Of a stretch of 64,000 nucleotides of DNA, positions 1-9,667 are shown piece by piece. Every line of letters begins with the position of its first letter. The first letter of the stretch is position 1. The DNA is from Candidatus Moraniibacteriota bacterium (lineage in GTDB: Bacteria > Patescibacteriota > Minisyncoccia > Moranbacterales > DUUL01), in contig JBFHFF010000005.1 of NCBI GenBank assembly GCA_041583775.1, positions 43,988-107,987 on the forward strand, read 5' to 3'. Under the pieces are notes generated by a model that worked only from the letters and a program-made list of their open reading frames with translations, had not been told where the DNA came from and ran no database searches. Made by a program: the position numbers and the translations under genes.

Positions 1-1
1 T

Positions 2-316
2 AAGACGAAGGTGTTTGAGAGTTTTTTGTTGGTAGATGGGAATCGAGAAATTCCAAAATTGAAAATGAGACAAAGACTTTTTGTGAAAGGAGATGCTAGG
101 ATTTTTTCAATTGCAACAGCTTCAATTTGCGCTAAGGTGTATCGAGATGAGTTAATGAAGCAATATCATAAAAAGTGGCCTCATTTTGGTTTTGATGCAC
201 ATAAAGGATATGGAACCAAAAAACATATGGAAGCTTTATCGAAGAATGGACCATGCGAAATCCATAGAAAATCTTTTCGACCAGTAGAAGAAGCTTTGTT
301 GTCGGCATTAAAATAA
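2..316 (+). CDS. rnhB: Ribonuclease HII, C-terminal part (5' end outside the window)
   Basis: KGDA...SIATASICAKVYRD, HKGYGTKKH and HRKSF motifs; the frame is open to the window edge. Confidence 0.9.
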   Translation, partial: KTKVFESFLLVDGNREIPKLKMRQRLFVKGDARIFSIATASICAKVYRDELMKQYHKKWPHFGFDAHKGYGTKKHMEALSKNGPCEIHRKSFRPVEEALLSALK

Positions 317-352
317 TATAGATAAATAAAAAACACCATAAGGTGTTTCTTG

Positions 353-436
353 TGCCTCGGGAGAGAATCGAACTCTCACAGTATCACTACTACACGATTT
401 TGAGTCGTGCGCGTCTACCAATTCCGCCACCGAGGC
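353..436 (-). tRNA. tRNA-Leu(CAA)
   Basis: Minus strand reads GCCTCGGTGGCGGAATTGGTAGACGCG, anticodon arm CACGA-CTCAAAA-TCGTG, long variable arm, GTTCGATTC T-loop, CCGAGGCA acceptor. Confidence 0.95.
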
Positions 437-603
437 ATTACAATCTAAATCTAATGATATAGAAGCAAATTAATTCTGTCAATTATCTAATGGAAAGTGC
501 TTTTAGTATTGCAAAAAGCATTTCCTTGTGTTATTGTGTATTCAGTCCAAAAGTGACTTTTGGGCATTCTTATTATTTTTAGATAAAAAGCTAAGTTAAA
601 GTA

Positions 604-816
604 ATGGCAGTACCAAAGCAAAGACATAACAGAAGTCGAACAAGAAGAAGAAGAGGTGGGCACGATAAACAACAAGCTATTTCTTTTGTTAAATGTTCAA
701 GCTGCGAAAAAGAGATTGAAGCTCACAAGCTTTGTCCTTATTGTGGTTCATTCAAAGGGAGAGAAATTATAAATATGACAGCTGAGACAAAAAAAGTAGA
801 AAAAAGCGACAAATAA
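604..816 (+). CDS. rpmF: 50S ribosomal protein L32
   Basis: MAVPKQRHNRSRTRRRR N-terminus and CxxC...CxxC zinc ribbon. Confidence 0.95.
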   Translation: MAVPKQRHNRSRTRRRRGGHDKQQAISFVKCSSCEKEIEAHKLCPYCGSFKGREIINMTAETKKVEKSDK

Positions 817-876
817 TAGTTCTTCTTTTTAGTATTTCTTTTGAAATTTTATATTTGAGTTAATACAAAACAAATT

Positions 877-1482
877 ATGGGAAGTAGACATCTTTCACGC
901 TCAATAGCAATGCAAAGTCTTTATGAATGGGACTTTAATAGTGTTTCTGACAAAGAGTTGGGAATGATTTTGCAAAATAACATAAAAGAGTTTGGTTCAA
1001 ATGTAGATGATGACAGCTTTATTAAGAAGCTTGTTTTTGGTGTTTTGGAGAAAAAAGAAACAATTGATCCTATTATCGAGAAATGTGCTCCGGAATGGCC
1101 ACTTAATCAAATAACTATCATAGATAGGAATGTTTTGCGCTTAGGTATTTATGAGCTTATGTTTGGAAGTTACAACGAGGCTCCACCAAAGGTTGCAATT
1201 AATGAGGCGATTGAACTTGCAAAGGCTTTCGGCGGTGAAAGTAGCGGTAGATTTGTAAATGGAGTTTTGGGAACAGTCTATCGTGAGATGGGTGAGCCTA
1301 TGAAAGAAGACACAACAGAGACTGGAAAGAAACGGCGAGAGGAATCCTCGGATATTGAAGCGATAAAGTCTCCAGATAAGAATAATGGATCGCAAGAAAA
1401 AAAAGAAAAAGAAATCGGAAAAAAAGTTACAAAAGAGGATGCTGAGATCTCAAAACTAGCAACGCAAGAGGATAAGGAATAA
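877..1482 (+). CDS. nusB: Transcription antitermination factor NusB with a charged C-terminal tail
   Basis: [29 protein letters not shown] and FVNGVLG motifs. Confidence 0.95.
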   Translation: MGSRHLSRSIAMQSLYEWDFNSVSDKELGMILQNNIKEFGSNVDDDSFIKKLVFGVLEKKETIDPIIEKCAPEWPLNQITIIDRNVLRLGIYELMFGSYNEAPPKVAINEAIELAKAFGGESSGRFVNGVLGTVYREMGEPMKEDTTETGKKRREESSDIEAIKSPDKNNGSQEKKEKEIGKKVTKEDAEISKLATQEDKE

Positions 1483-1605
1483 TCGTTATCATTTTAAATA
1501 GATGATAATTTTTAATAAAAATATTTAAAATACCTAATTGATAACCTAGTGCTAAAGTGGAAGGTATGAAATTGTTCATGGTTCCCATTTGAGGGCTTAA
1601 AAGTT

Positions 1606-2295
1606 ATGGAAAAATTTAACAAACTTGCAAATAAAATAGAAGTAGATTTCGAAAAATTAGAGCTTTTACAGGAGGCGATGACACATCGTTCATATTTAAA
1701 TGAACACAAGGACTATAAATTAAACCAGAATGAAAGAATGGAATTTTTGGGGGATGCCGTTTTGGAACTTGTTGTGACAGAATATTTATATCTAAATTTC
1801 AATAATCCAGAAGGAGAACTTACAAACTGGAGAGCTTCATTAGTGAAGGGTGAAATGCTAGCAGTTGTTGCTGAAGAGATTGGAATTGAAAAATATCTTT
1901 TAATGTCTAAGGGAGAAAAAAGAGATACAGGCAAAGCTAGGCAGTATATCTTGGCAAATGCTATGGAAGCAATTATTGGAGCTATCTATCTAGACAAAGG
2001 GTATGATGTTGCTAGTAAATTTATCACAAAATGGATAATTTCAAAATTAGCTGATATTCTTGAAAATAAAAGCTATTTAGATCCAAAAAGTTATTTTCAA
2101 GAGAAGGCACAAGAGCATGAGCAGACCACACCACACTATGAAGTTTTGGAAGAATGGGGACCTGATCATGAAAAAACTTTTTTAATGGGCGTTTTTCTAA
2201 ATGATGAGAAAGTTGCTGAGGGAAGGGGTGATTCTAAACAAGCTGCGCAGAGAAATGCAGCTGAAAAGGGATTGGAAGCAAAGGGTTGGAATTAA
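1606..2295 (+). CDS. rnc: Ribonuclease III
   Basis: NERMEFLGDAVLEL signature plus C-terminal dsRBD (DPKSYFQE, GDSKQAAQRNAA). Confidence 0.97.
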   Translation: MEKFNKLANKIEVDFEKLELLQEAMTHRSYLNEHKDYKLNQNERMEFLGDAVLELVVTEYLYLNFNNPEGELTNWRASLVKGEMLAVVAEEIGIEKYLLMSKGEKRDTGKARQYILANAMEAIIGAIYLDKGYDVASKFITKWIISKLADILENKSYLDPKSYFQEKAQEHEQTTPHYEVLEEWGPDHEKTFLMGVFLNDEKVAEGRGDSKQAAQRNAAEKGLEAKGWN

Positions 2296-2475
2296 TTTTG
2301 GATGAAAATAAATAAAAATGAAATTTAAGGACTCACTGCTTTTTGGCGGTGAGTTTTTGTTTATAACATCTTTCCTGAACAGGTTCATTATCGAAGTCAA
2401 TAAACTAATTGTTGTTTGGGAAGCAAAATGTTACAACATTGCAAAAGATTTTAGATAAAAAATGACTTTCTACGC

Positions 2476-2601
2476 ATGTCTATTAAAGCAATAGTTTGGG
2501 ATATCGGGGGTGTTATTTTAGATGAACCTAAAATTGGTGATTTCTGCTTTTGCGGAAATGAAAAACAGAGCGATGACTGTGATGAAGTATTTATAAATTA
2601 A
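2476..2601 (+). pseudogene. 41-codon remnant starting like a HAD-family hydrolase
   Basis: Manual translation MSIKAIVWDIGGVILDEPKIGDF..., a HAD motif I-like start, then an early TAA. Confidence 0.5.
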
Positions 2602-2819
2602 AAAATTGATTCAAAATTCAAAATTAGAAATTTAAAACTGATTCTATTTAATTATTTAATTAATTACTTACACAACCCTCTATAACACTGCAATACTATA
2701 TTCTTTGATAAAAGAATTTTGTTATAGTATAATGCAAAAGTATTAATGAAATCAGATCTTGTGAAAGCAGGGCTTTCTTTTATTGTAAAAAACTTGAAAA
2801 TAAATAAAAAAGGACAAAA

Positions 2820-5141
2820 ATGTTTTTGAAAAAACTTGAAATCATTGGATTTAAATCATTTGCCAAAAAAACTGTGTTAGATTTTTCGCACACAGGAGCC
2901 TTGAATGGTGGTAAAAATATCGGTATTTCAGCAATTGTTGGCCCTAATGGAAGTGGAAAATCAAATGTTGCAGATGCTTTGCGTTGGGCAATGGGTGAAC
3001 AATCAATGAAGCATTTACGAGGAAAGAAAACTCAAGATATTATTTTTGCTGGAAGTGGAAAAAAAGCAAAACTGGGTAGTGCTCAAGTTTCAATCTATTT
3101 GGATAATTCAAAAAAACAAATTCCACTTGCTTTTGATGAAGTTATTGTTACGAGAAAGATTTACAGAAGTGGTGAAAGTGAATACCTTGTAAATGGTGCA
3201 AAAGCAAGATTAATTGATATTGTTGATCTTTTGGCAAAGGCTGGAATTGGTCAGCGAAGTTATTGTATTGTTAATCAAGGAATGGCTGATCAGATATTAA
3301 ACGCAACACCAGTTGAAAGGCGTGCAATTCTTGAAGAAGCTGCTGGTGTTAAGGAGTTTCAAGTTAAGAAGCAAAGAAGTCAAAGAAAGCTTAATAGCAC
3401 AAGGATAAATTTGGATAGAGTTGAAGGCTTGTTAGTTGAAATTGAGCCACACCTGAAACTATTAAAAAGACAAAGTACTAGAGCTGAAAAAGGTGAAATT
3501 TTCAGAAAAGAATTGAAAGAAAAACAACATTTATTGTATGGTTTTTTATGGAATGGACTAGCCCGGGCAGTGGAAAAGGCGAAAAAAGTTAAGCAAGAAA
3601 TGGAGATTGAGGTTGCTAAATTACAAAAAGAAGTTGATGTTATTGCTAATGAACTAAGAAGTGAGTCTAAGAATACTGTCTCTTTACAAGCAGAGGTGAA
3701 TAAACTCGAGTCATCTCAAAGGGCAATAAATTATGAGTTGAATACTTTGGAGCGAAATTTGATTATTGCAGAAGGAAAACTGACATTAGAGAAGGAACGA
3801 GCCAGAGATATTAAACTTGTGGATGTTATTCCAATGGGAGCTCAGATGATTAAGACAAGGCTTTCTGAGATTAAAGCTCAGCAAGAGAAATTAATCGAGC
3901 GCATTGAAGGCATTGATGACTTGAAACAGATTCAAGAAATAAAAGAATATGCAAGAGCCATTTCAATGGAGATGTATGAGTTATATGAAGCTGTGGTGAA
4001 GGGTAAGATGGAGAAAAAGAAACCGCAAGAAGAAATTGAAAGACAAAAGACAATCAACTCAAAGAAGGTTAGTTTGATAATGAATGAGATTAATCAATTT
4101 AGAAATAAAAAGAATAAATTACAAAAAGAAGTTGATTTAGTTGGAAGGAAAATTGCAGAGTTTATCAAAAAAGATAGAGAAGAAAGAAGAGCGGCAATAG
4201 ACTTGGAGGATAAACTTAGACGAAGTAGGTTTGAGCTTGATAAAAAGAAAGATCTTTTAAATGAAACGAAAGTTGAGCTTGCTAAAAATGAGGTAAAAGA
4301 AGAGGATTTGGGGAGTAGAATTAGATCTGAAATGAGAATTGTTCCTGAAAAATTACAATATAAAGGTGAATCTGTGGATATTGCTCAGTGTGATAGAGAT
4401 ATTAATAGGTTGAAGTTTCAGTTGGAGCAAATTGGTGGCACTGATGAATCAATCATCGAGGAATATAATGAAACACAGAAAAGATATGATTTTCTTTCGA
4501 AAGAGTCACAGGACTTATATGAGGCAATGAAAAAGCTGAAAAAAGTTATTAGGGAGATGGATTCAAAAATTAAGGATGAATTTGAAGATGCTTTTAATTT
4601 TATTAACAAAGAATTTTCTAAATATTTTAAAATTATTTTTAATGGTGGAAAGGCGAGGCTGGAAAAAATTGAAATCACAAACAATAAAAACTCTTTAGAA
4701 AGAAATAATTCAGATGAAAAAGATTCGATTGATGGAGAGGAATTTGCAGAGGCTCGGGAGGAGGATGATAAACAAATTGGAATTGAGATTTTTGCTGAAC
4801 CAGCAGGTAAGAGAATCACAAATCTTGGAATGCTTTCAGGGGGAGAAAGGACGCTAACTTCCATTGCAATGTTATTTGCAATTATTTCTCACAACCCACC
4901 TCCTTTTGCTTTTTTGGACGAAGTGGAAGCAGCTCTTGATGAAGCTAATTCAAGGAGGTTTGGAAAAATTCTAAATGAACTATCTGGTAAAACTCAATTT
5001 GTACTAATTTCTCACAATAGACAAACAATGAGAGAAGCTGCATTGCTTTATGGAGTGACTATGGGAGAAGATGGTATTTCTAAGTTATTATCAGTTAAAT
5101 TGGATCAAATCGGCAAAGAGGGAGTGATTAAAAAAGATTAA
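2820..5141 (+). CDS. smc: SMC-family chromosome segregation ATPase, short form (773 aa)
   Basis: GFKSFA, Walker A GPNGSGKSN, signature LSGGE, Walker B FLDEVEAALD, long coiled coil; lies just after rnc; scpA/scpB are in the window. Confidence 0.88.
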   Translation: MFLKKLEIIGFKSFAKKTVLDFSHTGALNGGKNIGISAIVGPNGSGKSNVADALRWAMGEQSMKHLRGKKTQDIIFAGSGKKAKLGSAQVSIYLDNSKKQIPLAFDEVIVTRKIYRSGESEYLVNGAKARLIDIVDLLAKAGIGQRSYCIVNQGMADQILNATPVERRAILEEAAGVKEFQVKKQRSQRKLNSTRINLDRVEGLLVEIEPHLKLLKRQSTRAEKGEIFRKELKEKQHLLYGFLWNGLARAVEKAKKVKQEMEIEVAKLQKEVDVIANELRSESKNTVSLQAEVNKLESSQRAINYELNTLERNLIIAEGKLTLEKERARDIKLVDVIPMGAQMIKTRLSEIKAQQEKLIERIEGIDDLKQIQEIKEYARAISMEMYELYEAVVKGKMEKKKPQEEIERQKTINSKKVSLIMNEINQFRNKKNKLQKEVDLVGRKIAEFIKKDREERRAAIDLEDKLRRSRFELDKKKDLLNETKVELAKNEVKEEDLGSRIRSEMRIVPEKLQYKGESVDIAQCDRDINRLKFQLEQIGGTDESIIEEYNETQKRYDFLSKESQDLYEAMKKLKKVIREMDSKIKDEFEDAFNFINKEFSKYFKIIFNGGKARLEKIEITNNKNSLERNNSDEKDSIDGEEFAEAREEDDKQIGIEIFAEPAGKRITNLGMLSGGERTLTSIAMLFAIISHNPPPFAFLDEVEAALDEANSRRFGKILNELSGKTQFVLISHNRQTMREAALLYGVTMGEDGISKLLSVKLDQIGKEGVIKKD

Positions 5142-5159
5142 CAATGCTAATGTAGAGAA

Positions 5160-5978
5160 ATGGAAAAAAGAGAAAATCAAAAAGATGTGTTTGCCGGTTT
5201 TATTGTTCGATTTGCTGCTTTTGCAGTTGACTTTTTAGTAATCGTTTTAATCTCAATTGTTGTTGGATTTTTTTTTGCAATCATAACAAAAATTGCAAAT
5301 ATCAATTGGAATGTGGAGACAGTTTCTAGTTTTGTAGGGTTTTTGTTGAATGCTGGGTATTATGTATTTATGACATATAATTATGGTGCAACAATTGGTA
5401 AGAGAGTTTTTGGATTGAAAGTTAAGAGCGTGAAAGATGAGAAATTGGATATAGGAGCAGTTATTGTTCGAGAGATTGCAGGAAAATTTATCTCCATAAT
5501 GTTGATAGGTCTTGGATATCTTTGGATTGTTTTTGACAGAAGAAAGCAAGGGCTTCACGATAAATTAGCAGGAACTATCGTGGTGATTGATACAGACAGT
5601 AAAATAGCAGAATGGAAAATCAAAGTCATTGCTGGAATTTTCGCACTATTGCTAGTTTGTTTCTCGGTTTGGATAGTATTTGGAGTCGTTGATGAGGAGT
5701 TTCAAGATGAGATAAATCGTGATCAGGTGGTTTTATCGGTAAATAAAGTGTTGGTATCTGGTAAACTTTGTGTTTCGGAAGGTAACGACATTAGAAAACC
5801 AGTTAGTCTTCAAGGTGGTGGTGATGTTTGTACTGAAAAAATTGGAATAGAATGGCCTAAACTATTCGAGGGATATCAGTATGGAAAGATTAATAATAAT
5901 GATATTTTTATTCAGAAAAATGGCATTGACATTGCTAGGTGTAAAATTAAAGAAGTCTTTTGCGAGCTTGTTGAGTAA
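5160..5978 (+). CDS. RDD-family membrane protein with a Cys-containing C-terminal domain
   Basis: RFAAFAVD, GATIGKRVFGLKV and QGLHDKLAGTIVV RDD motifs. Confidence 0.85.
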   Translation: MEKRENQKDVFAGFIVRFAAFAVDFLVIVLISIVVGFFFAIITKIANINWNVETVSSFVGFLLNAGYYVFMTYNYGATIGKRVFGLKVKSVKDEKLDIGAVIVREIAGKFISIMLIGLGYLWIVFDRRKQGLHDKLAGTIVVIDTDSKIAEWKIKVIAGIFALLLVCFSVWIVFGVVDEEFQDEINRDQVVLSVNKVLVSGKLCVSEGNDIRKPVSLQGGGDVCTEKIGIEWPKLFEGYQYGKINNNDIFIQKNGIDIARCKIKEVFCELVE

Positions 5979-6045
5979 AAATTTTTTGGATGTGTGGAAA
6001 AACTAATAATAAGGTTTCGGATTGTTATTGGGATGTTAAAAATGA

Positions 6046-6085
6046 TTACCAGATTCTGATTTGAATAAAAATCAGAATCTGGTAA
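6046..6085. terminator. Perfect 17-bp inverted repeat, probable terminator
   Basis: TTACCAGATTCTGATTT-gaataa-AAATCAGAATCTGGTAA downstream of the RDD gene. Confidence 0.6.
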
Positions 6086-6200
6086 AATGTTATTATATTT
6101 CTAAAAAAGTCTTATTTTTAGTGCTTTTTAGGAAAGTTGGATAGTATTATAGTAGGACTTTAACTATTTTAGAGAATATTAATAAAATTAAAAAAGAGGA

Positions 6201-6650
6201 ATGAACATCGAAGAATTTAGAGAAGAAGTTAATTTGGAAAATAGGGTTTTAATCGACAACAGGGAATTTGAAATTTTAGAAATAGTTCGTTTTCAGTTGG
6301 ATGATGGATCTGTTTATACGAAATTATTTCTTGAAGATGGACATGTTTTAGCTGATGATGAAGAGCAAGATGTTTATCTTCTTGTTGAGGATGTGAAGAC
6401 TGATTTCAAGGAACCTTTTCCTGAGGTAATTGAATTTGATTCAAAAAGATTTACATTTCAATATAGCGCTCACGCTACCGCAATTGAAACAGAAGGGGAT
6501 GAGATTTTTCCTATGGGAGAATCGGAAAGGTTTTGGGATTATCAAGCTAGAGATGGTAGTTATTTGAGTTTGGGAATTATGGATACTACGGGAAAGAGAA
6601 TGGATTTGTGTGGAAGAATCGTTCAAAAGGACGAATTGGAATTAATTTAA
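6201..6650 (+). CDS. Acidic hypothetical protein, DUF4178-like
   Basis: 149-aa ORF with an AGAGGA RBS; the ERFWDYQARDGSYLSL segment resembles DUF4178 (from memory). Confidence 0.55.
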   Translation: MNIEEFREEVNLENRVLIDNREFEILEIVRFQLDDGSVYTKLFLEDGHVLADDEEQDVYLLVEDVKTDFKEPFPEVIEFDSKRFTFQYSAHATAIETEGDEIFPMGESERFWDYQARDGSYLSLGIMDTTGKRMDLCGRIVQKDELELI

Positions 6651-6658
6651 AATTTGTT

Positions 6659-7351
6659 ATGGAAAAAATCAACTTTTATATTATTGCAACGCCAATTGGA
6701 AACCTTGGAGATGTAACTTTTCGCGCAATAGAAGTTTTAAAAAAGGTTGATCTGGTTTTATGTGAAGATACTAGAGTGACGGCCAAATTGCTTAATCATT
6801 ATGAAATAAAAAAACCACTTTTATCTTATCATCAAAGGAGCTCTCTTGATAAAAGTGATAAAATAATTGAAAATATTAGACAAGGAAAAGTTCTTGGATT
6901 AGTGACTGATGCTGGTACCCCTGGCATTTCTGATCCGGGAAATGAACTTGTTGCTAAAATTCTAAAAGAATTTGGAGATGGTGTCCGAATCGTTCCTGTT
7001 CCTGGGGTTTCAGCCATCACAACACTCGCTTCTGTCGCAGGAATTGACTTATCTAAATTTATTTTTTTGGGATTTGTACCAAATAAGAAAGGTAGACAAA
7101 CATTTTTAAAACAAGTATTAGAATCAGATTTGCCAGTTTTCTACTATGATTCCCCGCATCGTTTTTTGAAAAATTTAAAATTATGTGAAGAGCTCTGTGA
7201 AGAATTGGATATCCAAAAAAGAATGATTGTTGGGAGAGAGCTTACGAAGATGTTTGAGGAGATTGTCCGTGGAGATTTTGGTGAGATTAGGGAATATTTC
7301 GAGAAAAAAGAGTCAACAGTTAAGGGCGAATTCGTTGTGATATTGAACTAG
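6659..7351 (+). CDS. rsmI: 16S rRNA C1402 2'-O-methyltransferase
   Basis: ATPIGNLGD, CEDTRVT, VTDAGTPGISDPG, RELTKMFEE and KGEFVV motifs. Confidence 0.95.
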   Translation: MEKINFYIIATPIGNLGDVTFRAIEVLKKVDLVLCEDTRVTAKLLNHYEIKKPLLSYHQRSSLDKSDKIIENIRQGKVLGLVTDAGTPGISDPGNELVAKILKEFGDGVRIVPVPGVSAITTLASVAGIDLSKFIFLGFVPNKKGRQTFLKQVLESDLPVFYYDSPHRFLKNLKLCEELCEELDIQKRMIVGRELTKMFEEIVRGDFGEIREYFEKKESTVKGEFVVILN

Positions 7352-7495
7352 AGTCTTAATTTCGGAGATTATTTTTTAGTAGCGGGTGATTGTTGAAGAG
7401 GCAATCCACTTAAGAATATTTTTTCCAGAAAGTAAAAGTTGATTTTTGCTCGTTATTGCGATAGAATAGGGATAAATAATAAGTCTGAATTTTAT

Positions 7496-8389
7496 ATGAA
7501 AATAATTCAAAAACGGAAGGGATTTTTTGCGTTTTCTTTAACGCTTGTATTTGCTAGTATAGTGGCTATTTCAGTTTGGGGTCTTAGGTTGGGTATGGAT
7601 TTTGTTGGTGGAACAAAATTGACTTTGAAATATGAGAATGGTCTCCCTTCTAACAATGAAGTTCGTGAACAGTTAAGCGATTTTCAATTGGGGAGCTTGA
7701 CGATTCAAAGCGCTGAAGACAACACAATGTTTGTGCGATTTGTTACCAGCGAGGATGATGACGAGGCCCTGAAGAGTGTTCAAGATAAACTCATGGCTTC
7801 GAGAGATGATTTGAATATCGAAGAAGTTTCTTTTATTAGCTCAACAATTTCAAGTGAATTAAAATCTAGGGCCATTACTGCTATCATTTTTGCAGTTATG
7901 GGAATTGCACTTTATGTTGCATGGGCTTTTCGAAAAGTTTCTTATCCCGTTGAGAGTTGGAAATATGGGATTGGAGCAGTGATAGCACTTACTCATGATA
8001 TTTTGATTACGATTGGAATTTTTTCTTTTCTGGGACGCTTCTACGGTATGGAAATAAACATTCCTTTTGTGGCAGCACTATTAACGATTTTGGGGTATAG
8101 TGTAAATGATACAATTGTTGTTTATGATAGAATTAGGGAAAATTTAAATAAAGCAGGTGCAAAAGATAATTTTGAAGAAACTGTTAATTCTTCAATTAAT
8201 CAAACTTTAGGTAGGTCAATAAATACATCATTGACAGTAGTAATCGTTTTGGGTGCAATTATTTTGTTCGGGGGTGAGAGTATTTATTCTTTTTCACTCG
8301 CTCTTTTGGTGGGAATTATTTTTGGGACCTATTCCTCAATTTTTGTTGCAAGTGCTTTGATTGTTGAGCTTTGGAAACAAAGAAAATAA
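7496..8389 (+). CDS. secF: Protein translocase subunit SecF
   Basis: LGMDFVGGT, GYSVNDTIVVYDRIRE, RSINTSLT and GTYSSIF motifs. Confidence 0.95.
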   Translation: MKIIQKRKGFFAFSLTLVFASIVAISVWGLRLGMDFVGGTKLTLKYENGLPSNNEVREQLSDFQLGSLTIQSAEDNTMFVRFVTSEDDDEALKSVQDKLMASRDDLNIEEVSFISSTISSELKSRAITAIIFAVMGIALYVAWAFRKVSYPVESWKYGIGAVIALTHDILITIGIFSFLGRFYGMEINIPFVAALLTILGYSVNDTIVVYDRIRENLNKAGAKDNFEETVNSSINQTLGRSINTSLTVVIVLGAIILFGGESIYSFSLALLVGIIFGTYSSIFVASALIVELWKQRK

Positions 8390-8424
8390 AATTGATAAAT
8401 AGAAATAAAAGGTAATAAAAAAAA

Positions 8425-9549
8425 TTGAAAATTGCTATAGTTCATGACTATTTAGTTCAATATGGGGGAGCGGAAAGAGTGCTCGAGGCAATTTGTGAAA
8501 TTTGGCCCCAGGCACCTATATACACACTGTTGCATGACAGTGAGCTTGTGCATCATAAATTTGATAATAAGGTGGTTAGAACATCTTTTTTGCAAAAAAT
8601 CCCATTTGCTAAAAAACACCATAGAATTTTCCCACCGTTGATGATGCTTGGAATAGAGCAGTTTAATTTGGACTATTATGACATTGTTTTATCTGACTCA
8701 TCAAGTTTCGCAAAAAATTTAATTACCAATCCAAACACTTTACATATAACCTATTGTCATACCCCTATGCGTTATGGTTGGGATGATTGTCAATATTACA
8801 CACAAGAATTTAGCCTTCCAGGGATTGTTAAGAAAATTGTGCCACTGCTTATGAACTATATCAGAATGTGGGATTTTTTTGGTTCATACGGAGTTGATCA
8901 TTTCATTGCAAATTCAAAATTTGTCTCAACAAGAATTCAAAAATATTATCATAGAGATTCGTATGTAATTAATCCTCCTGTTAATGTGAACGATTTTCAT
9001 ATATGCAAAGAAGATGAACGAGGAGAATATTTCTTGATGGTTGGTAGAATGATGAAATATAAAAAAATGGATTTAGTAATAGAAACATTTAATGAATTGA
9101 AACTACCACTTAAAATCGTTGGCAGGGGGATCGAAAAAGAATATTTGGAAAAAATTGCTGGTCCAACAGTTGAATTTCTCGGAAGAGTAACAGATGAAGA
9201 GCTATATGATATTTATGCGAAAGCGCAGGCCTTTATTTTTCCCCAAGAAGAAGATTTTGGAATTGTTGCAATTGAAGCTCTAGCTTCGGGAAGGCCATTA
9301 ATTGCCTTTCGTGGTGGAGATATTGTGGAGCATATTCAAGAAGGCAAGAGTGGTATTTTCTTTGAGAATCAAACCAAAAAAGATTTAATTGCTGCAATAA
9401 AAAAATTTCAAAAAACAGACTTTGATTCCGAATTTATTCGTTCCACATCTTTAAGATTTGAAAAAAAGAACTTTCAAAATAAGATTGAAAAATTTGTAAA
9501 TGAACGACTAGAAGAATTTGGTGAAAAAAATAAACAACAAAAATGTTAG
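8425..9549 (+). CDS. Glycosyltransferase family 4
   Basis: HDYLVQYGGAERVL, CHTPMRY and EDFGIVAIEALASG (ExFG-x4-E) motifs; TTG start. Confidence 0.9.
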   Translation: MKIAIVHDYLVQYGGAERVLEAICEIWPQAPIYTLLHDSELVHHKFDNKVVRTSFLQKIPFAKKHHRIFPPLMMLGIEQFNLDYYDIVLSDSSSFAKNLITNPNTLHITYCHTPMRYGWDDCQYYTQEFSLPGIVKKIVPLLMNYIRMWDFFGSYGVDHFIANSKFVSTRIQKYYHRDSYVINPPVNVNDFHICKEDERGEYFLMVGRMMKYKKMDLVIETFNELKLPLKIVGRGIEKEYLEKIAGPTVEFLGRVTDEELYDIYAKAQAFIFPQEEDFGIVAIEALASGRPLIAFRGGDIVEHIQEGKSGIFFENQTKKDLIAAIKKFQKTDFDSEFIRSTSLRFEKKNFQNKIEKFVNERLEEFGEKNKQQKC

Positions 9550-9667
9550 CATTCTTAGTGTTTAAAGTGCTGGAAAGATTTTCAAATTTGTTTGCAGTCT
9601 AAATGACAAACAAATTTTATAAATCATTTCGAGACAAACGAAATGTAAAAATATTAAATAAAATAAA

